Assembly (NCBI GenBank): GCA_053919585.1
Contig: CM132798.1
Origin: Euprymna scolopes
Lineage: Eukaryota
Reading direction: 5' to 3' (one strand)
DNA: 64,000 nucleotides
Shown: positions 1 through 12,648 of the stretch, piece by piece
How the letters are laid out: every line of letters begins with the position of its first letter
Numbering within the stretch: the stretch's first letter is position 1
Program-made: the position numbers and the translations under genes
The notes under the pieces: model-generated
The model's database searches: none
Seen by the model: only the letters and a program-made list of their open reading frames with translations
Told to the model about the DNA's origin: nothing

Positions 1-64
1 AAAAACGAAAGTAATCGAAAGAATACAACTCAACAATCAAACTTTTTTATATATATGTATTTAA

Positions 65-2760
65 GTGCTTCAGGGCTGCACTTGCTAACACCACTGCATT
101 TATATTTGCCCTCTATAGGCCCCACAGTAGCGGAGTTACAATCTTTAAGAGCATATCTGAGAAAATTGACCACATAATGTCTTCACATCCCTCGGCTAAC
201 ATCCACATCTGTGGTGATTTCAACGTCCATAACGTGGAATGGCTGACCCATTCAAATAAGACAGACGATGAGGGAAGGTTTTGTCATGATTTTGCCATTG
301 CTTATGACCTCACTCAGATTGTTCGCGAACCCACCCGTGTCCCCGATACACCCGGTCAATATGCAAGCCTCTTAGACCTTTTTCTATCAACTTCCCCCTG
401 AGCTATGTTCATGTTCCGTTCATTCTCCTCTAGGATGCTCCGACCACTCCGTCGTATCAGTTAAGATAAAAACGAAATGTAAGAAGCCCCCAGACGTACC
501 CCTCCACCGTACTGTATACCGATACTCTATGGCTGACTGGGATAGCTTCCGTACATTGATATCTGATTTACCTCTGCACTCCATGTTTAAAAAGGATGTG
601 TCCTCTATAGTATCAGATCTGACCGAATGGTTAATTGTAGGCATAGACCAATTCATACCATCCAAAAAATTTCAACAAAAACCTAACAGCCAGCCATGGT
701 TCTCCCCAGAATGTGCTGCTGCTATCGCGCACAGAAATCACTTTTTCCATAGCTACCAACGTAATAGATGCACTGAAACTAAAGCTGCTTTCAGGTCTGC
801 CAGCAACCACTGTAAAAGAGTAATAAAAAATGCAAGAGAGCTATATGCCCAGTCTGTTAAATCCAAGGTAGCTGATCAGCGGCTTGGATCCCACCAGTTT
901 TGGCAAATAACAAATAGGATCCTGAACAGAAGTGTGCGTTCTATACCAACCATTATCAATGGACCAGAGGTCATCTCGTCAGCGTCAGACAAGGCCAAAC
1001 TATTTGCAAAGAACTTTGCAGCTAATTCTACCCTATGCGACGAAGGCCATCAACTCCCTATATTTCCTCCTATAACACAGAACAAGCTGGGTAGCATACA
1101 AATATCCGTGCATGAGGTCGCCAAGCTAATAAAGAACCTAGATTCCAGTAAAGCAACTGGCCCTGATGGCATCCCAATTATAGTGTTAAAAAAGCTTCAA
1201 ACAGAACTTGCTCCCATACTTACGAAACTATTTAAGCGCTGCCTTAAGGAGAAGTGCTTTCCGACTCCCTGGAAGACCTCTTCAGTTTGCCCTATATTTA
1301 AGAATTCAGGTGATAAGTCATCTCCCTCTCAATACAGACCTATAAGTCTCCTGCGTGTTATGAGTAAGTTGCTGGAATCCATATTAAATAGAGAAATAGT
1401 CAACCACCTCAGCAGGAATAACCTTCTTAGTGACACACAATATGGTTTCCGCTCTGCAAGATCTACCGCAGATGTGCTGACAGTTATATCCCACAGGATA
1501 AGTGAATCTCTTGACAAAGGCTTTCTTTCTAGGGCAATTGCTCTTGACATATCAAAGGCCTTTGACAAGGTATGGCATAAGGGTCTACTTCACAAGATTT
1601 CCAGCTACGGTATAACGGGAAATGTTTTCTCAATCATTAAATCATTTCTCTCCGATCGGCTCATAAGAGTAGTGGTCGATGGACAAAAATCGGAGGCCTG
1701 CAATATAAATGCTGGAGTCCCCCAGGGGTCAATCCTGGGCCCAACTCTCTTCCTGATCTACATCAATGACCTCCCTAAACACATACTTAAATCATTCGTT
1801 GACATCTATGCTGATGACACAACCATCTACGGCAACACATCAAAAGCTGAAAATGACAAAGTTCTCTCTGATTCTCTCTCCTCTGATCTCGAGCGCGTGG
1901 TTCAGTGGGGGAAGATGTGGCTGGTTACCTTTAATGCATCCAAAACCAAACTCCTATCCTTACATCATCAACGCTCTGATCCCCATCTGGCATCAATTGT
2001 GATGGATGGCTCTCGTCTGGGTGAGGCTCCGTGTTTTGACAAGCTTCTGGGTTTGACCTTTACTCCTGATCTGAAATGGAACACGTACATCAAGTCTGTG
2101 GCCAAGGTCGCTGGAAAGATGGTGGGTTCCTTCTACCGCTCCAGAAGATATCTCACTACTGATGCAATTCTCTATCTATATAAAAGCCAAGTACGTCCAA
2201 GGATGGAATACTGTTGCCATATCTGGGCAGGAGCTGCTAAAAACAGCCTATCCTGCCTTGACAGAGTACAAAATAGACTTCGTGGCTTAGTGGGGGATGC
2301 CCTTTTCTCTACCCTGCAACCTCTCTCCCACAGAAGAGACGTTGCGAGCCTGTCCTTGTTTTATCGTTATTTCCATGGCAGATGCTCGTCTGAACTCCAA
2401 TCTCTGGTCCCCCCTCGCCAATCTTTCACGAGAAACACCCGTCTAGCTGAATCCACTGTGGAAAATTTCCCCCACTCTGTATCTGTGCCTAAATCAAAAC
2501 GCGGATTCCATGAACAAAGCTTCTTTCTTAGAACTGCACGCCTGTGGAACTCTGTTCCGTCTGCTTGCTTCCCTCCGGACTACAATTTGGATGTCTTCAA
2601 GTCCAATGTTAACAAGTTCCTGATGAACCGCCCCCTTAAGTAAACACTTCAGCAAATCTCCTCACTAACTTAATGTACTTGCAATAACCCTTATCCCTGA
2701 GTGGCTTCCGGGCCTTGATAAGTGGTGATCACTGTGTAAAAAAAAAAAAAAAAAAAAAAA
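65..2760 (+). mobile_element. CR1/L2-group non-LTR retrotransposon, 5'-truncated within the APE endonuclease, with 3' UTR and poly(A) tail
   Basis: Reading frame from 66 contains APE motifs (LYRP, ICGDFNVH, LDLF, then SDH after a frameshift at C-run 394-398). ORF 529-2643 has RT motifs (KATGPDGI, YRPISLL, QYGFR, LDISKAFDKV, GVPQGSILGP, YADD). A-tail at 2738-2760. Confidence 0.93.
529..2643 (+). CDS. LINE ORF2 reverse transcriptase portion (uninterrupted 704 aa)
   Basis: Provided ORF with complete non-LTR RT motifs and a CR1-like C-terminus (RPRMEYCCHIW, SFFLRTARLWN). Confidence 0.9.
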   Translation: MADWDSFRTLISDLPLHSMFKKDVSSIVSDLTEWLIVGIDQFIPSKKFQQKPNSQPWFSPECAAAIAHRNHFFHSYQRNRCTETKAAFRSASNHCKRVIKNARELYAQSVKSKVADQRLGSHQFWQITNRILNRSVRSIPTIINGPEVISSASDKAKLFAKNFAANSTLCDEGHQLPIFPPITQNKLGSIQISVHEVAKLIKNLDSSKATGPDGIPIIVLKKLQTELAPILTKLFKRCLKEKCFPTPWKTSSVCPIFKNSGDKSSPSQYRPISLLRVMSKLLESILNREIVNHLSRNNLLSDTQYGFRSARSTADVLTVISHRISESLDKGFLSRAIALDISKAFDKVWHKGLLHKISSYGITGNVFSIIKSFLSDRLIRVVVDGQKSEACNINAGVPQGSILGPTLFLIYINDLPKHILKSFVDIYADDTTIYGNTSKAENDKVLSDSLSSDLERVVQWGKMWLVTFNASKTKLLSLHHQRSDPHLASIVMDGSRLGEAPCFDKLLGLTFTPDLKWNTYIKSVAKVAGKMVGSFYRSRRYLTTDAILYLYKSQVRPRMEYCCHIWAGAAKNSLSCLDRVQNRLRGLVGDALFSTLQPLSHRRDVASLSLFYRYFHGRCSSELQSLVPPRQSFTRNTRLAESTVENFPHSVSVPKSKRGFHEQSFFLRTARLWNSVPSACFPPDYNLDVFKSNVNKFLMNRPLK

Positions 2761-2944
2761 CGAAAGATTTTTTAAATAATTTTTTAATAAAATATTATTA
2801 ACAAAAACGAAATAATTTAATTTTTTAAACGAAAAAAGTCAATTTGGTAAAATGTTTGGTATTTTTTATATAAGTCTAGCTCACCGTTCACATAGGAAAT
2901 GTCCGCTTTTATAGGTTTTCGAGTATACTTAAAACAAACAAACA

Positions 2945-3110
2945 TTCCCAACCTCCTCATGGTAAGAACGGACTTCGGAATAGACACCAATAACATCCCC
3001 ATGTTAAGCACGGCTTTCGGAATAGACACCCTCAACCTCCCCATGTTAAGAACGGCTTTCGAATAGACACTCCAACCTCCCTATGTTAAGAACGGTTTTC
3101 GGAATAGACA
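2945..3110. repeat. ~42-bp minisatellite, about 4 copies
   Basis: Recurring ccaacctcc(c)catgttaagaacggctttcggaatagaca. Confidence 0.8.
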
Positions 3111-4099
3111 CGTCCAAGCTTGTCAGCCTACCCTAAAACCTAGAAAAGTTGGCATGTCGAATGTGGATGGTAAGTTGAATGTAAAATGAAACGAAATTTA
3201 AATTTCCGTTCCATTTTTAAAACAAGCGTAAAAAAAAGATCGTTCCCCGGAAGTTTTACCGATTTTGAGCAATCTTCCTTCATGCATATCTCAACTCATA
3301 CAAATTTATTTTCTGCGTGTATGTTTGTATCGATATGAATGCGCATGTGCGAGTGTCAATAGTTGACCTGAGGGCATCTTCGTAGTAACAAGGTGGCATA
3401 CACTTGATCGCTATCAAACGTAGACGTGTACAAAACTTTTGTGGACAGAGATAGGAATTGAAGGTCACGTAGCTCTGTGAGATCTCGAACTTGGTCTAAA
3501 TTCCAAATGACAGCGTTATCTATGGACACAAGCGTGATTGGGTAACAGAGCTCGTTTGAAAACGACGGGGAGAAGGAAGAAAAGAACACTATAAAAGGAG
3601 GAAAGTTAGCTAGGTTTTGTGCGTGGCAGTAGAAAAACGATGAAGGCGAAGAGAAAAAAAGTGAGAGAGGGAGGGAGATAAACAATGAAAATAGAGGGTA
3701 ACATAAAAGAAGCCCTCATGAGTTAAGATAGACGATTTAAGAGATAAAGGAAGGGAGGAAGAAAAGAATAGAGAGGAACACAGTAGAGAAATTTTTAAAG
3801 GTAGATGATAACTAAATACTAAGAGTTCGATAGTGAAAAGTAATAAAATGCGTACAAACACGTTTTATATTATAATTATATAAGATGACGGGACCCCTTG
3901 AAATTTCGCGGTGCTTTCAACATACTTCTGTATACTTTATTGTAAATAATATTCTTTTAAAAAATCATCATCATCATATCGTATGAATCCGAAGATTTTT
4001 TTATTGGCTTTCTCAATATTTTTGTAGTCATAATTCATTCTAGAAACACATCGAGTACTTAGAAGAAGATTGGCAACATCTTAAGTTAAAGTGATTTTT

Positions 4100-4170
4100 G
4101 TATAACGATGTAGATTCGAACTTGGAACATCCAGGTTATCCGTTCGTTCATTACCCACTTTACTACCATC
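4100..4170 (-). mobile_element. Degenerate tRNA-derived SINE head
   Basis: Minus strand reads tggtagtaaagtgg...aagttcgaatct (A-box- and B-box-like); no cloverleaf. Confidence 0.35.
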
Positions 4171-4259
4171 ACCTCACTCCTTTTTAAAATAATACACGAA
4201 TTGTAAAAAATATTCTTTTCAACGTGTGTACTTATAGCTTAACAAAATTTACACGAAAA

Positions 4260-4515
4260 GAGTTTCTTTCCACGAACTGCCCTTCTTTGAAATGCAATAT
4301 CACGAGACTGTTTCGCAGCTGACTACAGCATGATCGTTTCAAAGTCAAATGTTAACAAATTCTTGTTTAGTCGTTCTATTAAGTAATCAAACCCTGTTCA
4401 GACCAAACCATCGTCTGTAATCCGCTTGATAGAAACCATTAACCTTATTCCTCGCGTGGTTTTCAGGTCTTAATGAGCGGTGACTCATAAATAAATAAAT
4501 AAATGAATAAATAAA
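4260..4515 (+). mobile_element. Old CR1 3'-end fragment
   Basis: Similar to 2515-2740 (gactac...aagtcaaatgttaacaa...ccttattcctcgcgtggttttcaggtcttaatgagcggtgact), ending in (TAAA)n. Confidence 0.7.
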
Positions 4516-5459
4516 TCTCGATGCTTGTGCATCCATGTTACTGCGCTATTTTTAATAGTATTTTAAAATTAAATTAAATTTTTACGTTATGTTTGTTTAT
4601 TAAATTGTTAGGCGAAAGCACAGAATAGTTATAAAACACCCTCCCTTCCCCATGTTATGAATGGCTTTCCAAATAATAACTTTATTATTTCAGCGTGGTA
4701 ACATAGGTACACAAGTACCTAAATCTGTATTATGGTCTATACTATAAGAAGAAATCATACTTTATTTTTTACATGCATTGTCATTGTCAGCTAAATATTT
4801 TTTAAACAAATGAAATGAATATAAATCGTTATTTAAAATTTTATTATTTATCAAACAATGAATATTATAACTTGCTAGCTAGCTAATGATTACTTATGTT
4901 CAATAAAACACTTGCCAACATAAAAGAATTTTAAATTGTATAGTTAATTACTTAATACTTGTCTCTCAATAAATCTCCATTTTTAGGGTCCGTCCTAATT
5001 TTTCTATAACTCAAGGGGGGGTTATATGCACAGCAACAGGCAACATGGGTTTTAACCACAGATGGTACAAAAAAGAGAGAAGAAAATACGTAGCAGTGCC
5101 GAAAAAGTAGACGCCACAAATTCGAGGAAACAAGACAACATGATGTCGAAGAGGAAAGAAAAGAGATAACGCAGCATATATTTGACATCTGCGAGGAAAT
5201 AACAAAAAGACAGCATAACAATTATTCCAATAGTAGATAGATCACCGATCCTTCTACTCTCAACAATTTGGTAGTTTTCTGCCTAATTTGTTCAAGCGTA
5301 TTTTATAGTTTTGCAAATCAATAATTCAAAGTGTAGAATATTTTCTGTCCTAAGTAAGGGAAAGAGCAGTCCTCCTTAACTAGAACAATCTGGAGTTTTG
5401 TTCCATTCAAATTGCTCCTTCTGGAGTAGCTGGATATCAATGAGATAAAATTCACTTTG

Positions 5460-5570
5460 CCCTCATGGGGAGGCAAGTAAAGCTGCCCGTCAAGTATGAA
5501 GGAAGAAATTATGCTTCGATAGTGTTCGAAGTAATGTTCACATGAAATAAGGTCTCATTCGCTAAAAAAA
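5460..5570. repeat. Dispersed ~110-bp repeat, copy 1 (copy 2 at about 7083-7190)
   Basis: ctcatggggaggcaagtaa...tgcccgtcaagtatga...cacatgaaataaggtc occurs twice in the same orientation. Confidence 0.75.
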
Positions 5571-5766
5571 TACAAACAAAAACAAAAGAAAAAACGTATC
5601 AATCTGGAGACTTATAAAATAATATAAATATAAAAAAACGTATCGAAGCGAAGAAAGGAAAAACGATCAATAGAACGTCAGATTGTGGAAATAGAACAAC
5701 TGAGGTTTTCCTTACAAATTTTAAATGTAGGAGAATGTCAAATTACTCTTTTTCCCCTTCGTCAAC

Positions 5767-5837
<71 letters not shown>

Positions 5838-6929
5838 ACTATAAATATTTCCCATTTCAGAATCTCGAGCAATATCTATATATTACTTGGAAAAAAAGAA
5901 AGAAGAAAAGAAATGTAGGAACCTGACATTAGCCCAATAATCTTTTTTACCAAAACTATACTTAGAATTTGTCCCCTGTCGTAGAAGATTTACGTAAGAA
6001 AAGCATGATTTTTTTCATTGAATTTTGTCTTCGTTCATGAAGGATTTCGGGCAAAAGAGTAATTGTCAAAAAATATTTATCGTCTTAAAAGACTTCAAAA
6101 CATCTGTAAGAAATTACAAAGAAAATTTTTATTTTCTAGGCCTATAAATAAATGTTGAATCCGCTTGCTGTAAAATACGTTTAAATATATTTTAATTTAT
6201 GCAGATTTTCGCATTTATTAATACAAAGATATGATAGCAAGAATCGAATCCAAAACATTGTACCATCAGCTAGTATCGAAACCAAAACATTTAACGTTGC
6301 AGCCTCGTCGTCTACCAATGTTCTTATCGAGAGAAACAACAAAAATGTAAATATTAAGAAACTCGAACAAAATTATTTTATGTGAGCATGCACAGAAAGA
6401 AGTAAAAACATGTCGGTCAATTGAAATGAACATTTCGTCATTTCAACTTACCTATATATGTTTGTACGCGTTATTTATCAACCCAAAAAGATTTTACTCG
6501 TTATAAATCATCCTTGGTGTATAATTACTATTTTCTGTTTATTTCGGTGTTATGTGACCAGTAGATTAAGAGTTTACCTGTTTAATACTTCACACACATA
6601 CATGTACTATTTTATTTATATAGACGATTGTAACGCTTAAAAGTAATTAAATTTTTAGAATTGGGTTCCGGTTGTTACGTAGGTTTAAAATGTGGATTAT
6701 TAGAATTACTGTTGCCATATTTGATGTTATTCTCCAATGTTTCGACTGAGGTAACCGCTGACTTTCTACAGATGCTTTTTATCGAATTCGTGAATTTTTA
6801 TGTTGAACTCAGAAATCTGTACTGGTTTTTGAATGAAACTCTTTGATTAATCTACGTGAATAATTTGCTCTCATTTCATGACCGGGTTGAAGTTATGGTA
6901 TTTGTGGTAAAGTCTTTGACATTATTTAA

Positions 6930-7200
6930 TACTAGCAAGCTGCCCGGCGTTGCCCGGTTGTAAAATGCGTATAAATATTATATTTTAATTAATGCTGAAC
7001 TCTAATGTATGATGAACCGTAGGTAGTAAACGAATTAAATTCCTTTAATAAAAAATGGACCTAAATACGGAAAGAAACTGCTCTCATGGGGAGGCAAGTA
7101 ACGCTGCCCGTCAAGTATGACGGAACAAATTATGCTTCAATAGTGTTCGAACTGATATTCACATGAAATAAGGTCCCATTCGGTAAAAAAAAAAAAAGAA
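6930..7200 (-). mobile_element. Helitron-like non-autonomous element, 3' end
   Basis: Minus strand ends ccgggcaacgccgggcagcttgCTAGt: a GC-rich hairpin followed by CTAG. Confidence 0.55.
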
Positions 7201-7631
7201 ACAGTGCAAAAAAAAAAAAGAACTAGTAATTTTATACATATCAATTTTGGAGATGATGATTGCCAATTTATATTATTTGTATTGTTTAGACTATTGTTCA
7301 CATCTGGAGTGTTATTTTTCGTAAAGACCTATGGTGTAATGGATGAAGTACTAAATAAGACAATATTCAGAATAGAATTGCAAATTACTCAAGGTTTCTA
7401 TCCGATCATGGCTGACGAAACGAAATATTAATAAAAATTTAATAAAGGATTCCGTTTGAAATTCCGTGAAAATTCCCAAATTTGAAAAATGTGTTCCTGA
7501 GTTTGACAAGATACACTTGAAGAAAGCCGCAGATTATATCTGCTGAAACATAAAGAAAATAATAAGTAGTTTGAATAATCCAAGTAATACAAGTAACTTC
7601 ATTACATATATATACGCACACACACACACAT

Positions 7632-7700
<69 letters not shown>

Positions 7701-7912
7701 GCAAAATCTTCTTAATCTCTCGGAAGATTGTTAATTTTTAACTGAATAACATACGATTTGAGTGATTATAAATTGTTTTGTAACTCTGAAACTCGAGATA
7801 ACATTCAAACCAGTTCAGCTGATATGAAGATAAATAACAATACGATATTTTACATGTATGAGATTACGAAAAGAAAAACAGAAACAACTATTTGCCCTTT
7901 GTTGATGCAACA

Positions 7913-8162
7913 ATGTGGTGGGTACTAGAGTATTTCGAACACACTGTTTTTGCGTTCTGTGTGATCGTCTTAGTACAAGCATGGGTCGCTTCACGTCATC
8001 GTGGTCTTGTTGTTTTGGCTCAAGAATTCATGTGTCTTTTGCCTGGAGTGAGGACAATCGTGGACGCATTCGTGAAGAAAGAAGTCGGGAATTTCGTTCG
8101 TCAGGTGACACATAGTTCGGGATTAAATGCACAAGCTCCCAATGTCCAACTACCGAAGAAAG
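7913..8162 (+). CDS. SPL-family PLP enzyme, coding exon 1 (N-terminal membrane anchor)
   Basis: ATG at 7913; MWWVLEYFEHTVFAFCVIVLVQAWVA...LLPGVRTIVD...QLPKKG; donor AG|GTAAGT at 8162/8163, phase 1, matching exon 2. An upstream exon cannot be excluded. Confidence 0.85.
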
Positions 8163-8914
8163 GTAAGTTTAAAGTTTCAGCTATACGACAACTAGTAGGG
8201 ATGCACAATGTTGTCCGGGATTTATTAAAGCAATATGTATTTCACTATGTTGCTGTTTCAACTTACATATTCGATGGAAACTAGCATTTTGTAAAACTCT
8301 TTGAATTAATTTCATTCACTTTTTTCACACGTTTTTTTTAGAATTTTTCCACCAATAACTGTGTTTTCGCCAAAATAGTAAGTGAAAATATTTTTAATTG
8401 CTTCAAACTTTCACATCATCAGCTAAAATCTCAAAACACACACACACACACACAAGCATAAATAATATATTTACCTGCACTTGGTTGGGTAGTACACGTG
8501 TAGAAATATCTCTCATATCATTTGAGCTTCAACTCAAAAGCAAACTTAAGCAAAACCATTCACATTGTATTACTGTAATAAATCAATAAGTTTTCAACTA
8601 GCTGAAAGCAAACAATCTTCAGTGACAAGCAATGGATTTCTTCTTGCAATCTTGTTCTCTTTCGGTGGAGGAGCGGTCCTTCACGACTGAGACAATTTTT
8701 TATTTTTGTACCTTTTCTCGATGTTAAAAAACGACCCCGGTGTCTAACTCTGCCCCGTGGGGAGGCATAGTAAATAGGTACAATATATGTGTTGACTGTG
8801 GTATAACTGAGCTTCAACCAATCTATTGACAGAGACTTCGTTTCTTGGCCAATAGTTCTTGATATATCAAAAATATTTTGGCTTGCTTCCAAAATTTGAT
8901 AGTATAGAATATTT

Positions 8915-9188
8915 TTTTGGTGTTTGTTTTTGTTTTACGGCATATCAACCCTTTTCAGGTTATTTTATGCCGAATCCAGTTATTTTAAAGAAAAAAATGT
9001 TTAATAGAATATTGTTTTTCCAACTCGGTTTCTATTTAACCCATAATTGGGACCCTAACAAGTACTACCACTCCGAGTCAGAGGGGACCTGGGAGCAATA
9101 GCAATTAAAGGGTGGCTCCACACTCCCCAAAAGCCCGCAAGCTGGGGCCTCACCATCAGATATAGTTTAAAGTCATATCCAGGACCAT
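8915..9188. mobile_element. SINE-like dispersed repeat, copy 1
   Basis: Highly similar to 26630-26897 (ttttacggcatatcaacccttttcaggtta...gggaccctaaca...ggggcctcacca...catatccaggacca). Confidence 0.8.
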
Positions 9189-9399
9189 TAGAATATTTTA
9201 AATAATCTCACAGTTATCAAGTTATTTTCTTCCTGATTCTCTTTTGGGTCCCTGCCTTCCTGGCGGTACTGACATGCAGAAGTTCAGGTGCAATGCAAAC
9301 AGGCATCTTGCTGTTCAACTCCCTACATAGTACCCCTGTAAGTCATGTCCCAGATAGTAGACTTGCCTACATCAAAGTGGCACTGTTTAGGGTTAAAAT

Positions 9400-11340
9400 G
9401 CATTAAAAAAGGGTATGGAATATTGAAAATATTCTCTCAGCTATCAAGTACTTTTCTCTCTGATACGTCTATAAAAGTAGTTATTTATGGGCAAAAGTTC
9501 GAAACACATGGCCCCAATGCAGACATACTTTCAGAATTCATTATGATCCGTCTTCTCTTTCTTATTTTAATAAATGATCACATATTTATATTCTGAGGTC
9601 ATTTATTGACATCTACACATGCAACACGCCTAATTATGCCAGCACTTCAAAGGACATTAATGATCAAGGTTTTTGAGGATTTCCGACTCGAAGCACATAC
9701 GAAGAAGTGACTTGTAATTTTTAACGCTTCTAAATTTTATAATAAAACTCTCTCTTCTATGTCTCCTCTTGAAAAGAATGGTTTTCTCTTCAAGGAAGCC
9801 TCCTTCTTTGAAAAGCTCCTATGGTTTATTCTAGATATGTGAATGGCTTGCATCAAATTTGTTCCTAAAGTTGTTGGAAAATAGTTGGATTATTTTACTG
9901 CTCCTCAAGGTACCTGACTCCTGATACAATCCTCCACCACATCCTAAGATTTAAATAATGACGTCATATCTATGAAGTTCAATTAAAAGCACTCTTTCTT
10001 ACCAAAGTACAGGGTGGAACGATAAAAGTGTCGCCTTAAAGAAAACAACATTACAGTTTTATTTTAAAACTTTTATTGAAAAAATTAATTCAGGTAACTT
10101 GATTATGTAGTAGAGCTGACATCTATTTAAGGTAGCCGCCTTAAGCCTCAATCACCGTTTCAATACGGGTCCGGAACTGGGAGCATCCTTTTTCTACAAG
10201 TTCCGTCGGGAGCTCGGTGAATTCTCAGCAGATGGCGGCGACCATGCTGGTTTTGGTGCCGTGGGAGGTCATATTGGTGATGTTTTCAGCGTATGAACAA
10301 ACGAAGTAGCCCAGCAGGTTCAGGTCAGGGGAAGAAGGGGAAGTGAGAGAAAGATAAAAAGTCGTAGCACTACTTCTGAAGCCAATCCTGGGTCTCTTTG
10401 AATTTGTGGGTCGGCGGCGAGTCCTGCTGCCATACTCAGGGTCTGTCAACAGCCACCTGATTGCACCAGAGAATCAACACGCTCTTCAGCACTTCGTACA
10501 CTTGGGTGTTGACTTTCAAACTGACTTTGAAGATGTGAGGTATGATATGGCACTCACTTGAAACCACACCAAAGACCATAACCATAACCGTAAACTTCGT
10601 TGGCCTTTACCCTCAAGCGTTGATTTTGAGGGTAGTGGAATTGGTCGTGTTGTCATAACTTGTATCGCTAGAGAGCATGCGTTGTAGAGTGGCGCATCAC
10701 CGATCTCGCTCGTCGAACATTGTTATTTTCAGACATGATAGAAGGCCTCTATCGCTCTTGCAATTTGTACACATCTGGCTAACTAAACAAGCAAAAAAAC
10801 GGTTTTCATCAAACAGAAATAGAATCATGTCGTCTTTTCTAGGGCGACGATTTTATCGTTTCGCGCTTTACAAAATCGACTTCTGCAATCTTATGACTCT
10901 TTTTACACAGAAGAGGTGTTTCTCGTCTCACTCTATTGTATTATTATATTATGGTAGATGCTCGACTGAACTGTAGTCCTTGGTCCTTGCCTGTTGAATA
11001 ATTATAATAGAACCTGTTTGGCAACAAACATAGGGGAGAATTGTCCCTTCTTTGTACTGAAAAACAAGAAGAACTTTCATTTACAAAGTCACTGTCATAA
11101 ATCATCTCGAATACCATGAGGCAGCATGATCGTCTTCAAGTCTAATGTAAATAATTACTTATCGAGTTGTTATCTTTGACAAATCACATCCTTGAATGCA
11201 ATATTCTGTCTATTACAGCCACTGCTTCGAAACCTAACCTATCGTGACAGTGAACATCGTCCAACCACCAATCTTTTAAATACTTATCACCCACTGACCC
11301 TCGGGACTTAATTAAATGGTGGCAGATCAGTGAAAAGAAA
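9400..11340 (+). mobile_element. Old degenerate CR1 copy interrupted by a Tc1/mariner element
   Basis: 9400-10009 and 10869-11340 are colinear with about 1600-2740 of the intact LINE; the junction rejoins as ...aagta|caaaatcgactt versus agagtacaaaatagactt. Confidence 0.7.
10010..10868 (-). mobile_element. Tc1/mariner-superfamily DNA transposon, internally deleted and decayed
   Basis: Imperfect TIRs (cagggtggaacgataaaagtgtcgcc / ggcgacgattttatcgtttcgcgctt) with TA on both sides; minus-strand WQQDSPPTH and SPDLNLLGY transposase motifs. Confidence 0.8.
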
Positions 11341-12593
11341 AAAATTAATTTTTTAATTACTAGCCAGTTTTTCAAAGATTTCTTTCAGATTAGAAGGTCA
11401 GCTTTATTTTAGAAAGCAATGGTATTGTTGAATCAACATTCGTCAATACAGCCTTGATGCAATGAGATTAATTGTTAGCGTATGTATTCCTTTGCAAGTA
11501 CGGTGATTATGTAAATGATCACGTGATTTGTAAGAGGACACTGATTGATGGAGCTGTTTTAAAAGACAGTCCGCGAGAGAGAATCGATAAAGCTAAGCTC
11601 GAATAACACTTAAGGACAAACATCTTCCCCAAGGCCGATGTGATTAAATCATGTTCTCTTCTATTGTCACACCTTGATAGTGATCCTAAAAGGAATAAAA
11701 ACCGATGAAATCTATACTATTACCTCTATTCCTTCGAATTATAATGAAGCATCTGCTCTGTTTCTCGGATCAATCATGGACTACATACTTGTGTTGAGAC
11801 TATACTCGCACCATAGATGCATATTTTCGATTACAGTCAATGCGGCAAATATATTGATATCGAAGTTTATGCCCAAACTGTAATATTATTACATACGTCT
11901 ATTTATTATATTTAAGGATATCTTTCACTCTATAGTAAAGAAAAATTCGTATTTATTTGTATATAAAGAAATATAACTTTTTTCCATCTAAAAATATTAG
12001 TCAGTGAAACACGCGCATTTATAAAACTATTTCAAATGCTAATAAGAATCGATAAAATATATAGCAAGTCAAACAAACCCGATGCTTAACTCTAAATAAA
12101 AAAACATATGTTTGTGTTTTCCTTTATGACATTTGATTTGATAATTGATGTATATACGAACAATTAAATTACTGATGTAATTCTATAAGTATATATGCAT
12201 ATTAATGCGAACACTTGCGAAGCAAAATTTCTTCCTATTTTTTTCGCAGAGCTTGTATACATCTATAAAATATATATGCCATTAAAATTTCTTCTCCGTT
12301 GAAATCTTAAACGTAAACAGTTTAGTAAAATAAATTACTTCATAAATTATCCAGAATTGGACATATGTTGTTTTTGTTCATACATTTTAAATAGTATGAC
12401 GAAGAAAACATGCTGATGAACCGGTTCGTATTGACATGGAAAAATAATATATAAAATCATTAAAACGATCACTGTAAAAGTAATGCTCTATATTCACTAG
12501 AGGACCAACTAATGACTTTTAAATGGTTGATTTTTAGGAATAGTCGGTTCTGTTTTGTACGAATATCACAGTCTAAATAAGTAGTGTTCATGA

Positions 12594-12648
<55 letters not shown>

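Noticed and set aside
1-64. Target-site duplication for the CR1 (aaaaacgaaag at 1 and at 2756)
   Set aside because: The left copy is about 55 bp from the apparent 5' junction and is low complexity.
399-401. TGA read-through or selenocysteine in the LINE endonuclease
   Set aside because: Homology continues in a different frame, so this is a one-base frameshift rather than an in-frame stop.
8163-8284. ORF-track extensions beyond exon ends (also 35108-35173, 61966-62134, 62257-62406)
   Set aside because: Homology stops at strong GT/AG sites with consistent phases; the extensions are intronic read-through.
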